Assembly (NCBI GenBank): GCA_947588655.1
Contig: CANPYS010000001.1
Coordinates: 6,391 to 70,390, forward strand
Length of the DNA stretch: 64,000 nucleotides
Origin: an uncultured Alphaproteobacteria bacterium
GTDB lineage: Bacteria > Pseudomonadota > Alphaproteobacteria > RF32 > CAG-239
Direction: 5' to 3'
A model generated the notes under the pieces. That model saw nothing but the letters and a program-made list of their open reading frames with translations, did no database searches and had not been told where the DNA came from. The position numbers and the translations under genes were made by a program. Shown piece after piece: positions 1 through 8,766 of the stretch (the stretch's first letter is position 1; every line of letters begins with the position of its first letter).

Positions 1-1353
1 GAACGCACCGTGAAGCAGATTTATTCGGTTGATGATCAGATGTTTTTGGCCGACCGTTATATTACAGGCACTTGCCCGCATTGCGGTTATGATAAGGCTC
101 GTGGTGATCAATGCGAAAATTGTACTAAAGTTTTGGAGCCGACTGAGCTTTTGAATGCTCGGAGCACGATTTCGGGTTCGCAAAATTTGGAAGTGCGCGA
201 AACAAAGCATTTGTTTTTAAATCTGCCTAAAGTTGAGCCTAAACTTCGCGAATGGCTTAAAAGTAAAGAGCCTTTTTGGCCGGAAGTGGCTTATTCCATT
301 GCGCAAAAATGGCTTAAAGAAGGCTTGCAACCCCGTTGCATCACGCGCGATTTGAAATGGGGCTTCCCTGTGCCAAAAGAGGGTTTTGAAAACAAGGTTT
401 TTTATGTGTGGTTTGATGCGCCGATTGGTTATATCGGCATTACCAAGCAATGGGCTGATGAAGATCCCAAAAATCGTGATTGGAAAGATTGGTGGATGGG
501 CGCTTCCGATGTGCGGCATGTGGAGTTTATGGGCAAAGACAATGTGCCTTACCATTCTATTACATTTCCGGCTACGCTTTTAGGGACGGGCGAGCCTTGG
601 ACGCAGGTGGATTATCTGAAAGGTTGCAGTTATCTGACCTATGAGGGCGGTAAGTTTTCAAAGTCAGAAAACAGGGGGATTTTTGCTGAAGATGCCGTGA
701 AAGAATTTCCGGCGGATTATTGGCGCTATTGGCTGATGAGCAACATTCCGGAGGCTTCCGATTCCAGCTTTACGTTTGATTTGTTTGCCGCGGTTGTGAA
801 TAAGGATTTGAACGGCGTGTTGGGGAATTTTGTTTCCCGCGTGTTGAAGATGACATCTTCTAAGCTTGGCGCGTTTGTGCCGGCAAGCGGGGCAGATACA
901 GCTTTAGAAACAACATTAAAGCAAAATTTGAAAACGCGCGTGGCGGCTTATTGCAAATATATGGACGCGATGGAGTTTCGTAAGGCTTTAAACGAATTGC
1001 GCGCTATTTGGGTGGAAGGCAATAACTACATTTCTGATGCCGAGCCGTGGACGGTTATTAAAGAGGATGTCGCGCGGGCAGGGGCTATCTTGAATGTGTG
1101 CATTAACCTCATTCGTCTTTTTGCCGTTTTGAGTGCGCCTGTTATGCCGCAGACGGCAGAAGCTATGCTGAATCGCCTTGGCTTAAAGCTTTCAGATATG
1201 CCGTCTTTGAAGGATTTTGACGTTGAAAAAGAACTCTTGGCCTTAAAAGAAGGCGCGCCGTTTGAGGTGGGTGAGCCTTTGTTTGAGCGCATTACACCTG
1301 AACGTTTGGAAGAATTAAAACAAAAGTATGGGAGTGAGAATCGTGGAGCTTGA
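1..1353 (+). CDS. metG: methionyl-tRNA synthetase, 3' portion; the 5' end lies upstream of the window; short form without C-terminal tRNA-binding domain
   Basis: ORF in frame from nt 1. Contains the zinc-knuckle CPHCGYDKARGDQCENC, class I anticodon-binding region and typical MetRS core motifs. Ends about 450 aa after the knuckle. Confidence 0.85.
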   Translation, partial: ERTVKQIYSVDDQMFLADRYITGTCPHCGYDKARGDQCENCTKVLEPTELLNARSTISGSQNLEVRETKHLFLNLPKVEPKLREWLKSKEPFWPEVAYSIAQKWLKEGLQPRCITRDLKWGFPVPKEGFENKVFYVWFDAPIGYIGITKQWADEDPKNRDWKDWWMGASDVRHVEFMGKDNVPYHSITFPATLLGTGEPWTQVDYLKGCSYLTYEGGKFSKSENRGIFAEDAVKEFPADYWRYWLMSNIPEASDSSFTFDLFAAVVNKDLNGVLGNFVSRVLKMTSSKLGAFVPASGADTALETTLKQNLKTRVAAYCKYMDAMEFRKALNELRAIWVEGNNYISDAEPWTVIKEDVARAGAILNVCINLIRLFAVLSAPVMPQTAEAMLNRLGLKLSDMPSLKDFDVEKELLALKEGAPFEVGEPLFERITPERLEELKQKYGSENRGA

Positions 1354-2230
1354 TCGGTTAAAAGATATTCGGATTCGGGGCTTTGCCAAGCTATTTCATC
1401 GGTTGTTTATGGGTTTGACTTATCCATTGCGGCATCCATTCCGTTTTTTGGCTTTTTTGCTGGTTTTGGTTTTGATTTTGGTTGCTGTGCCTCTCATCAA
1501 AGGTGTTTCGTGGCGACAAATTCCGGCGTGGTATTCTTTAACGACTTCTGCGCCCCAAAAAGTTCGGTCTTTGCCGCAACCCGATGTTGTTTATCAGCCG
1601 ATTGAAAACGAATCGGAAGAACAGGTCGCCCCTAAAACCGAATCCATTGTTTTGGAACATCCCTTTAAACCGCAACCGCCCAAAGAATATAAGCCAATGA
1701 AGTTGCCTCAAAATTGGGAAGAAGGGCGTGCGGAAGGCTTAAATTTACAAGAAATTCAGGCTAAAAGTCAGCAACCTGTCCTTATTCCGATGTTGTCGGA
1801 AGAACCTGTTTCTGATACGGTTGTTGCCGAAACATCTGAAGAAATAGGGCCTTCGTTGGAAAAAGAAGCGCCAGTTCAGGCAGAAGCTCAGCCTGCGCCG
1901 AAGCCAAGTTATCGCGTTGATACAAATTTGCCCCTTGTTTATGAGGAAAATCCAAAACATATTCAAGGGAAAGCTTTTGTTTTTAGCGCTAATGAATTGA
2001 CTGTTGGCAAAACTTATCTTTATCTTTACGGTATTTATACCGATGCTGATAAATATAATCCGCAGGAAGCGCAGGCTTACCTGGAAAATTTAGTTCGCGG
2101 ACAAACACTGGATTGTGATTTGGTGGCTTATACTTATCAGCATTTAGCGACGGGTATTTGTTATATCAATGGGCAAAGCGTCAACCAAAATATGGTGGAC
2201 AAGGGCTTTGCCGATAATGTGGCTTTGTAG
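1328..2230 (+). CDS. hypothetical membrane-anchored protein with Pro/Glu-rich linker and C-terminal globular domain
   Basis: 300-aa ORF with N-terminal hydrophobic segment (FLAFLLVLVLILVAVPLI) and PQPP/EE-rich low-complexity middle. Start uncertain (overlaps the metG end; an alternative ATG at 1408). Confidence 0.4.
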   Translation: MGVRIVELDRLKDIRIRGFAKLFHRLFMGLTYPLRHPFRFLAFLLVLVLILVAVPLIKGVSWRQIPAWYSLTTSAPQKVRSLPQPDVVYQPIENESEEQVAPKTESIVLEHPFKPQPPKEYKPMKLPQNWEEGRAEGLNLQEIQAKSQQPVLIPMLSEEPVSDTVVAETSEEIGPSLEKEAPVQAEAQPAPKPSYRVDTNLPLVYEENPKHIQGKAFVFSANELTVGKTYLYLYGIYTDADKYNPQEAQAYLENLVRGQTLDCDLVAYTYQHLATGICYINGQSVNQNMVDKGFADNVAL

Positions 2231-2241
2231 AGAGTTTTGCG

Positions 2242-3684
2242 ATGTTTCGGCCTGTTCTTTTGATTAATGGATGTGTGCTTTCTTTTTTAGGTTTGGGCAT
2301 GCTCTTGCCGGCGCTGATGGATATGTACGACGAACGCTCTGATTGGTCGCCTTTTTTGACATCGGCTCTTTTGGCGCTTGGTGTTGGTTCAGGGCTTTTT
2401 TTGCTTAATAGATTTACCACGCCCAAAATCTCTATTCGGACAGGTTATTTAGCAACACTAACAAGTTGGCTTTCAGTGGCTTTTTTTGCGGCAGTGCCGT
2501 TTTATTTGAGCGGCGCTTTTCAAGATATACCCTCTGCCTTGTTTGAAAGTTTTTCCGGTGTGACTGGCACCGGTGCGACTGTCTTGGCAGATGTTGAAAG
2601 TCAGGCACGTTCTGTTTTGTTGTGGCGCTCTATGCTCAATGCTTTGGGTGGTATCGGGATTGTGGTGTTTGCCGTGGCGGTTTTGCCGTTTTTAGGCATT
2701 GGCGGTATGCAGGTTTTTCAACGCGAAAACACAGATCCTGGCGATAAATTTATGCCGCATTTTGTGGATATTGTGCAGTGGATTATTGGTATTTATTTGT
2801 CGCTTACGCTTTTATGCGCTCTTCTTCTTATGCTTTGCGGTATGGGGCGTTTTGATGCGCTTAATCATGCTATGACGGCCGTTGCGACGGGAGGGTTTTC
2901 AACCAAAAATGATTCTGTTGCCGGTTTTGATAGCGTCTCGGTTGAACTTGTGCTTTCTGTTTTTATGCTTTTGGGTGCTTTACCCATGACTTTTTATATT
3001 TTGCTTATCAGGCGACAAGCGATGGATATATTGCGTTTGGAGCAAGTGAAATCGTTTTTAAGAGCGGTTGTTTTTTTGGCGGCCTTTGTGACGTTGTGGC
3101 TTTATTTTCAAAGAGGGTATGATATTTTTAGAGCCTTGCGGCAAGCTTGGTTTAATGTGATTTCTGTTATTACCACAACGGGTTATGCCTCGTCCGATTA
3201 TTTGAATTGGGGAATCGGGGCAGGGGTGTTCTTTGCACTTTTGGCGTTTCATGGTGGTTGCGTTGGCTCAACGACAGGCGCTATTAAGGAAATGCGTTGG
3301 CAGGTTTTGTGGTCATATTTTAACAAAACTTTTTTAAATGCAATTGAGCCTAATCGTATTGTTCCGGTTAAAGCTGGTTCTGCCGTTGTTTCCGATGATG
3401 TGGTTGGATCGGTTTTTGGTTTTGTGTGTTTGTTTTTTGTGTCGGCGGCTTTGGCAGCTTTATGTATGGGACTTTCGGGGTATGATTTTGCCACGTCGTT
3501 TTCAACTGCGGCGGCTCTGATTACGAATACAGGTCCGGGGTTTATCGGGGCGACTGGTCCGATGGGGAATTATGCGCTTTTATCGCCGCACATTAAGCTT
3601 TTGATGTGTTTTGTTATGCTTTTGGGACGCTTGGAAATTTTGACTGTTTTGGTTATTTTCAGTCGCTCGTTTTGGAAATCTTAG
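2242..3684 (+). CDS. trkH: Trk-type potassium uptake transporter, TrkH/TrkG family
   Basis: 480-aa polytopic membrane protein with repeated pore-loop GxG segments (TGTGATV, TTTGYASS, TNTGPGF) typical of TrkH. Confidence 0.85.
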   Translation: MFRPVLLINGCVLSFLGLGMLLPALMDMYDERSDWSPFLTSALLALGVGSGLFLLNRFTTPKISIRTGYLATLTSWLSVAFFAAVPFYLSGAFQDIPSALFESFSGVTGTGATVLADVESQARSVLLWRSMLNALGGIGIVVFAVAVLPFLGIGGMQVFQRENTDPGDKFMPHFVDIVQWIIGIYLSLTLLCALLLMLCGMGRFDALNHAMTAVATGGFSTKNDSVAGFDSVSVELVLSVFMLLGALPMTFYILLIRRQAMDILRLEQVKSFLRAVVFLAAFVTLWLYFQRGYDIFRALRQAWFNVISVITTTGYASSDYLNWGIGAGVFFALLAFHGGCVGSTTGAIKEMRWQVLWSYFNKTFLNAIEPNRIVPVKAGSAVVSDDVVGSVFGFVCLFFVSAALAALCMGLSGYDFATSFSTAAALITNTGPGFIGATGPMGNYALLSPHIKLLMCFVMLLGRLEILTVLVIFSRSFWKS

Positions 3685-3886
3685 TTTGTAAAACTTGTTC
3701 TAGTACAAAAATTCTAATTGCGCTTGAAAGGTTTGTTTCTGTGCGGTTGGCATCAATTTGTGTGATTAAATCGTTAAGCGTTTGATGCCTTTGTGCGGCA
3801 AGTTCTTTAAGCTTTTCATAAAAAATGTCTTCTAAAGAAATGCTGGTGTGATGTTGTTTGGCAATCAGCACTGAAATTTTTTTCAT
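3659..3886 (-). CDS. ribbon-helix-helix (RHH_4-like) DNA-binding protein
   Basis: 75 aa from ATG at 3886, immediately after the sspB stop. Motif SISLEDIFYEKLKELAAQRHQTLNDLITQID...NLSSAIRIFVL resembles alphaproteobacterial RHH_4/COG4321 proteins. Confidence 0.5.
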   Translation of the reverse strand: MKKISVLIAKQHHTSISLEDIFYEKLKELAAQRHQTLNDLITQIDANRTETNLSSAIRIFVLEQVLQTKISKTSD

Positions 3887-3887
3887 T

Positions 3888-4331
3888 TTACTTTTTCCGA
3901 AAACTGTCAATAGAAATAACTTCCGCCGGTTTATCGGGGATTATTTTTTTAGATTTTGCAGGGGATTCGTCGCTTTCTTCCAAAACAAAGCTCAAGCCAA
4001 ACTTAGCATAAGGATCAGCAAAATAGTTTACAGCGTCAAAAGGAACAGTTAAAGGTTCTGGTACGCCGCCAAAAACCAAAATAACCGAAAACTGATTTTC
4101 ATCAACCACCAAATCTGAAAACTGATGTTGCAGAACAATGGTCATATTTTCCGGATATTGTGTTCTTAATGCTATAGGCATTTGAACGCCGGGGTAATTT
4201 GTTTGAAAGGTGATGTAAAAATGATTCTCGCCTTGCAAGCCTTGCTCGGCAACGCATTTAAGAGCATCTATCATGACGCCCTTTAAATGCTTTGTAATTA
4301 GCTTATCGTAATTAATTTCTGTTATTTGCAT
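3888..4331 (-). CDS. sspB: stringent starvation protein B (ClpXP adaptor SspB)
   Basis: 147 aa with conserved SspB core (HFYITFQT...GVQMP...IVLQHQF..L...QFSVIL.FGG) and acidic C-terminal tail. Confidence 0.75.
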   Translation of the reverse strand: MQITEINYDKLITKHLKGVMIDALKCVAEQGLQGENHFYITFQTNYPGVQMPIALRTQYPENMTIVLQHQFSDLVVDENQFSVILVFGGVPEPLTVPFDAVNYFADPYAKFGLSFVLEESDESPAKSKKIIPDKPAEVISIDSFRKK

Positions 4332-4390
4332 TTGAACCTCTTTTTTTCTTTATAGGCTCTTTTGCTTAAAGTTTTATTAAAATGCTACCA

Positions 4391-4424
4391 CAAAATAAAA
4401 AGGAGAGGAAAATCCCTCTCCTTC
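4391..4424 (-). terminator. rho-independent terminator downstream of the OMP gene (minus strand)
   Basis: Read on the minus strand: hairpin GGAGAGG-GATTTTCC-TCTCC followed by TTTTTTATTTT. Confidence 0.55.
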
Positions 4425-4441
4425 CAAGGACGTTTTTCTTG

Positions 4442-5188
4442 TTAGAAAGCGTAACGAACGCCAAGCAAGAACTCGTGCGCGGTTACATCATAATGTCCGG
4501 TGTTGACGGTTAAGGCCTTTAATCCGGTTGCGCTTTGAACGGTGGTTTCTTTGACTTTGCCGTAATCAGAATATCTGTAACCGGCATCAAAAGAAACTTT
4601 ATCATTCAAGGCATAAGAAACACCGGCGCTGATGTTATAAGCGATATTGTGATCACCTTCGCTACTGCCTTGGTTAATGTATGCGCCATCACCTGCAGGA
4701 CCTGTCACTTTAGTTTTGTTCTTCAAATAAGCATAACCTAAACCGGCGCCGACATAAGGTGTGAACTTTGTGCCCGTGTTGAAGTCATAATAAAGGTTAA
4801 GCATAGCGGAATAAACCGATAATTTGGTTTCAAATTTTTGGTTGTAGGGTTGTTTAATACGGAAAGTGTAGCCGTTAGAATCGCGGGCGTTGCTGTTCCA
4901 GCCTAATTCAAATTCAGCGCGGAGTTGATTGTTATCAAGCGGTTTAACCGTACCGGCGGCAAGTCTTAAACCAAAAACATTATCTTCGTGCTTTTCTTTT
5001 GAAAAAGTATTTAAGTAATGTCCTAAACCGTTAAATGAATAGTCCGAAATTGCATGTGCATCGTTTATCATATGAACGAAGGCTGCTTTGGCAGATACAT
5101 AATAGTTGGAAGTTGTGGCTTCAGTGGCATTGGCACTTGTTGCTAATAAAGCTGTGGCTATGCCAGAAAGTAATATAGTTTTTTTCAT
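4442..5188 (-). CDS. small outer-membrane beta-barrel protein (OmpA-like/Omp25-Omp31-type porin family)
   Basis: Start at MKKTILLSGIATALLATSANA (signal peptide, GGAGA RBS). Alternating amphipathic strands, C-terminal ...GVRYAF aromatic terminus. Confidence 0.7.
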   Translation of the reverse strand: MKKTILLSGIATALLATSANATEATTSNYYVSAKAAFVHMINDAHAISDYSFNGLGHYLNTFSKEKHEDNVFGLRLAAGTVKPLDNNQLRAEFELGWNSNARDSNGYTFRIKQPYNQKFETKLSVYSAMLNLYYDFNTGTKFTPYVGAGLGYAYLKNKTKVTGPAGDGAYINQGSSEGDHNIAYNISAGVSYALNDKVSFDAGYRYSDYGKVKETTVQSATGLKALTVNTGHYDVTAHEFLLGVRYAF

Positions 5189-5446
5189 ATTTAATCTCCA
5201 TAAATAGTTAAAAAATGCCACTTTGATGAAAGGTGGCAGGAAGTAAGAATCTATTTACGGAATAGTGTAGTATATTGGTTATAACAACCTATTTTACTAC
5301 CTTCCTGCCCTAGGCAAAAAGGTAGTGTTTTACATCTGTTTTTACAGATAACCGTAAAGAGGATTCTTGACCCCATATCAGGTATCGCCTGATACAAGGT
5401 TAGATTATCCAAAATATAATAGAAAGTCAAGGTTTAAAATAAAAAA

Positions 5447-5483
5447 AAGAGCCTTCTGTTGCTAAGCGGCTCTCAAGCTCCAC
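5447..5483 (-). terminator. rho-independent terminator oriented for a minus-strand transcript coming from the repeat region
   Basis: Plus strand reads AAAAAAAAGAGCCttctgttgctaagcGGCTCT. The minus-strand reading is a GC stem followed by a T8 run. Confidence 0.45.
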
Positions 5484-5690
5484 TTGTGGCAAACCAATGC
5501 CTCAAGAATTAAGTTTATTGCTTTCGCCTAAATTAAGCAGCGATTGCAACAGGTGCAAAATTATCATTTGCATTCATTTATTTTGAACCGGTAACGGTGG
5601 TTTCTCGCCGAACACAACATCTATCTTTACTGTTGTCCTGTCAAACCTATTTCGCCCCCTACGAAAATGTGCTAAAGCGCTTTCATGCTT

Positions 5691-5937
5691 GGGATTTTTT
5701 CGCTCATTTACGCCTTTTGTAAACTTCGCTCAAAAATCCCTGTGCAGCAAAGCACTTTATCCCATTTTCAACAGGCACCGTGCTTGCTGCCTTTCATACT
5801 TGGAATTTTTTCGCTCATTTACCCATTTTGTAAACTTCGCTCAAAAATCCCTGCGTAGCAAAGACCTTCTCCGCTTTCTTAAGGTCTTAGGGTTTTTGTT
5901 GTTTACGCCTTTTGTAAACTTCGCTCAAAAATCCCTT
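5691..5937. repeat. three tandem imperfect ~50-85-bp units, each an internal palindrome GGGATTTTTT...AAAAATCCC
   Basis: Units at 5691-5740, 5802-5851 and 5890-5937 share ...ttttttcgctcatttacSccttttgtaaacttcgctcaaaaatccct... Flanks are also similar (ctttcatRcttgg / tgYgYagcaaag). Extra hairpin AAGACCTT...AAGGTCTT at 5860-5888. Confidence 0.8.
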
Positions 5938-6220
5938 TAATTGGTGGAGGCGCCGGGTACTGCCCCCGGGTCCAATACACCTATTCCATAGTGTTTTTCG
6001 TGTCAAAGTCGGTTGCCCGACTATTTCTATTATATCTCTTAAACAAAAGAAAGCAAGCTTTTTATTAAAAAACTATTCTTTTGTTTGTTTCAATTCATCT
6101 TTTTAATGTATCCGCTATCTATTCGGTTATATCATTTTGACCGATGTTAGCTCTGTTTTGAGGTATATATTTTTTTTGCTTTCAATCATTTGGCGTCAAA
6201 GTTGCAGTTGAGGAAAATTG

Positions 6221-8755
6221 ATGCCAAATGGTTTTTTTTATAAATCTGCAAGGCTTTTTTTCTTTTTTCAATTAAATCTCACTGCCGCAACAACTTATGC
6301 TTCTGTGATAGATGTTCCTGCCGGTGCGCATCAATCTTTAGACGGCGAAACTTATTATGGCAACGAACTAGAGGTTTCTGATCAGCAGGGCGTGTTGCAT
6401 GGCGGTGTGGTTTATGTTGAACCGGCAGAATCGGGCAAAGCCAGAGGTGTTTTAGACAGTCTGACCAATACCAACTTTTATGAAAATATCGTGACGGCGA
6501 AGGAGAATCTTTCTGTTTGGGGCGGAGCGATTGATAATGATGGCGAGATTACGCTTTTAGACAGTGTGATTTTTACGCATAACCAACTTTTGATAGAAGG
6601 GGAAAATCAGTCAGCATACGGTGGCGCTATTGCGAATCAAAAAGGTGCAATAATTCAACGCTTTGTCAAGGGGAGCTTTGTGGATAATATCGCTCAATCG
6701 GATGCTGGCAATGCCTATGGTGGCGCTATTTATAATGGCGGTGAAATCGGTTCTATGGAAAATGTTTATTTTTCAGAAAATATTGTTCAAGCGCATGGCG
6801 CGGCTTTGGGCGGCGCGCTTTATCATGAGGGTGGCACGCTCTTTTTGAGTGGTATGAATACGTTTGCAGGCAATCAGGCCTCTTCAGATACCGGCCAAGC
6901 GCTGGGTGGCGCGATTTATATGAAATCGGGCGATATCATTTTTTCGGGTATGAATTTCTTTTCATTTAATACGGCTGATGGTGTGGCAAATGATATTTAT
7001 ATTGAAAACGGACGAATTCTTATTCGTGACGGTGAACTTTATTTAGACGGCGGCATTATGGGCAATGGCATTACCCTGATTGCCCCGCAGGCAAAGCTTT
7101 ATTTGCGGCAGACGCTTGCCGATACGGTTATGGAAACAACACTTGTTAATAATGGCATTGTTGCTATTGAAGAGGGCTATCGGGCGCATTTTTCGCGTGA
7201 AACATTTAATAATGGTCTGATTGAAGTGGAGCCCAACGCCGAACTTTATACGACAGGCATTGACAATACCGGCACGTTGACAAACGCGGGTCAATATGTG
7301 AATGAGGGCGATATTTATCTTTTGGGGCAGGGTGTTTTTTTAAATGAGGGTAAAGCAGAAAATAGCGGTATGCTTTCTCTCTCAGATAACTCTTCTCTTA
7401 AGCTTGGCACGCAAAGTCTTTTGCATACAGGCAGTTATCAAGCCAGTGGAACGCCGACTTTGGAGCTTGATGTTTTGCTTAATCCGGAAACACACGAGGT
7501 TACGCACGGCGTTTTGGAGGTTGAGGGCGATGTGATTGGGAAAACGGGCGTTATTTTGCATTTTTTAGATAGTGATCAGGGCTTTCCGAGTATGGAAGGG
7601 TTTTTAAGTGCGTATGTTTTAGCGCCGAATGATGATTTGATGACGCCGGCAGATTTTATTGTTCAACGTATTTGGGGCAGTCCGTTAGATTTTAATTGGC
7701 TGTCGCGTTATAATGCCAAGGGCGATGAAAAAGGAAGTGCTTGGTATTTGGGCGTGTTGCCCCCTGAGCCGAGACAACCTGATTTGCCCTTTGAGTTTGT
7801 GACGCCTCTCCCTGAGCCACCACCACGACCGTCTGTTTATGTGCCGGAAGTGCCGGTTTATGCAGCGTTGGGGCAGGTTTTATATGAGCAGACGCGACAT
7901 TTGTTTGAGGCTGTGCAAAGTGGATTTGCGCCTCAAATTTGCGCTGATTGTGCGTTTTCATCTGATCCGCGGGGTTTTGTTCAGGTGCAGTATCATCATG
8001 TTGCGTTAGACAAGCCCTCAGATGTGAGAGGGCATGTTCAGGCAGTCAATGCTGGTGTGCGGGTTGTGGAAAACGGCGCTTATCAGGCCGGTGTGTTTGG
8101 TCAATACGGCAAAGGAAAATACAGCTTTTCAGGGGCAGGGGATTATCAGGCTTTAAGTGGCGCAAAAATGCGTGTCACGGATTATGTTTTTGGTCTTTAT
8201 CAGCAGTATCAGACAGAAAAATACGGTTTGTTCGGCGCATTATACGGCGGACGGCAAAATATGGGCTTTACAACGGATGACGGCGTGATTGATGAAAACA
8301 CGCATGCAATGGTATATGGAATCGGCGTTTCGGCGGCGCGTTATGTGCCGCTTGCTTTACGTTGGCAACTTGTGCCGTTCGTTTCGGTTCAGGCGGAGCG
8401 GCTAGAGATTGCCGATATTCATGATCAGGCCGGCAAAACGGCGCATTATCACAATCCGCTTTATGGCGAGGCGAGCTTGGGCGCGGCTTTGAAATATGAT
8501 TCATGTGAGGGGCAGAATAAAGCCGGCTTTTATGTCAAACCTTCGGTGGTGCAAACGTTTGGGCGGCATACGGGTGTTCAAATCACGGGGATGAATCAAA
8601 CAAAATCGCAACCCTCACAGACACTCGGGCGGTTTGAACTGGGCGCGGAATTTGCGCATCATGAGCGCATTTCGGGCTATGCCGGCGCGGCTTATACCTT
8701 TGGCAAAGACTATCACGCCTACCAATTCTCCGCAGGGGTAAAGATTGCTTTTTAG
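6221..8755 (+). CDS. autotransporter with Pmp-type (GGAI / FxxN) passenger repeats and C-terminal beta-barrel translocator
   Basis: RBS GAGGAAAA then ATG 6221. Repeated AYGGAI/ALGGAIY and FTHN/FSEN/FAGN/FSFN motifs in the passenger. C-terminal ~280 aa has alternating beta-strands ending FSAGVKIAF. Confidence 0.8.
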   Translation: MPNGFFYKSARLFFFFQLNLTAATTYASVIDVPAGAHQSLDGETYYGNELEVSDQQGVLHGGVVYVEPAESGKARGVLDSLTNTNFYENIVTAKENLSVWGGAIDNDGEITLLDSVIFTHNQLLIEGENQSAYGGAIANQKGAIIQRFVKGSFVDNIAQSDAGNAYGGAIYNGGEIGSMENVYFSENIVQAHGAALGGALYHEGGTLFLSGMNTFAGNQASSDTGQALGGAIYMKSGDIIFSGMNFFSFNTADGVANDIYIENGRILIRDGELYLDGGIMGNGITLIAPQAKLYLRQTLADTVMETTLVNNGIVAIEEGYRAHFSRETFNNGLIEVEPNAELYTTGIDNTGTLTNAGQYVNEGDIYLLGQGVFLNEGKAENSGMLSLSDNSSLKLGTQSLLHTGSYQASGTPTLELDVLLNPETHEVTHGVLEVEGDVIGKTGVILHFLDSDQGFPSMEGFLSAYVLAPNDDLMTPADFIVQRIWGSPLDFNWLSRYNAKGDEKGSAWYLGVLPPEPRQPDLPFEFVTPLPEPPPRPSVYVPEVPVYAALGQVLYEQTRHLFEAVQSGFAPQICADCAFSSDPRGFVQVQYHHVALDKPSDVRGHVQAVNAGVRVVENGAYQAGVFGQYGKGKYSFSGAGDYQALSGAKMRVTDYVFGLYQQYQTEKYGLFGALYGGRQNMGFTTDDGVIDENTHAMVYGIGVSAARYVPLALRWQLVPFVSVQAERLEIADIHDQAGKTAHYHNPLYGEASLGAALKYDSCEGQNKAGFYVKPSVVQTFGRHTGVQITGMNQTKSQPSQTLGRFELGAEFAHHERISGYAGAAYTFGKDYHAYQFSAGVKIAF

Positions 8756-8766
8756 GGATGTCTTTT

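Noticed and set aside
1328-2230. C-terminal domain of ORF 1328-2230 as SNase-like thermonuclease
   Set aside because: Only a vague compositional resemblance. The catalytic Arg/Glu/Asp pattern is not recognisable, so it is left as hypothetical.
5691-5937. Possible CRISPR array
   Set aside because: There are only three imperfect 50-bp units. The spacers differ in size (61 and 38 bp) and are themselves similar to each other. Repeats are internally palindromic with A/T arms. No cas genes nearby.
5689-5940. 83-aa ORF (FTPFVNFAQKSL repeats) in the six-frame track
   Set aside because: It is the in-frame translation of the three tandem DNA palindromic repeats. It has no RBS and its periodicity equals the DNA repeat. 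The region is better explained as structured non-coding DNA/RNA.
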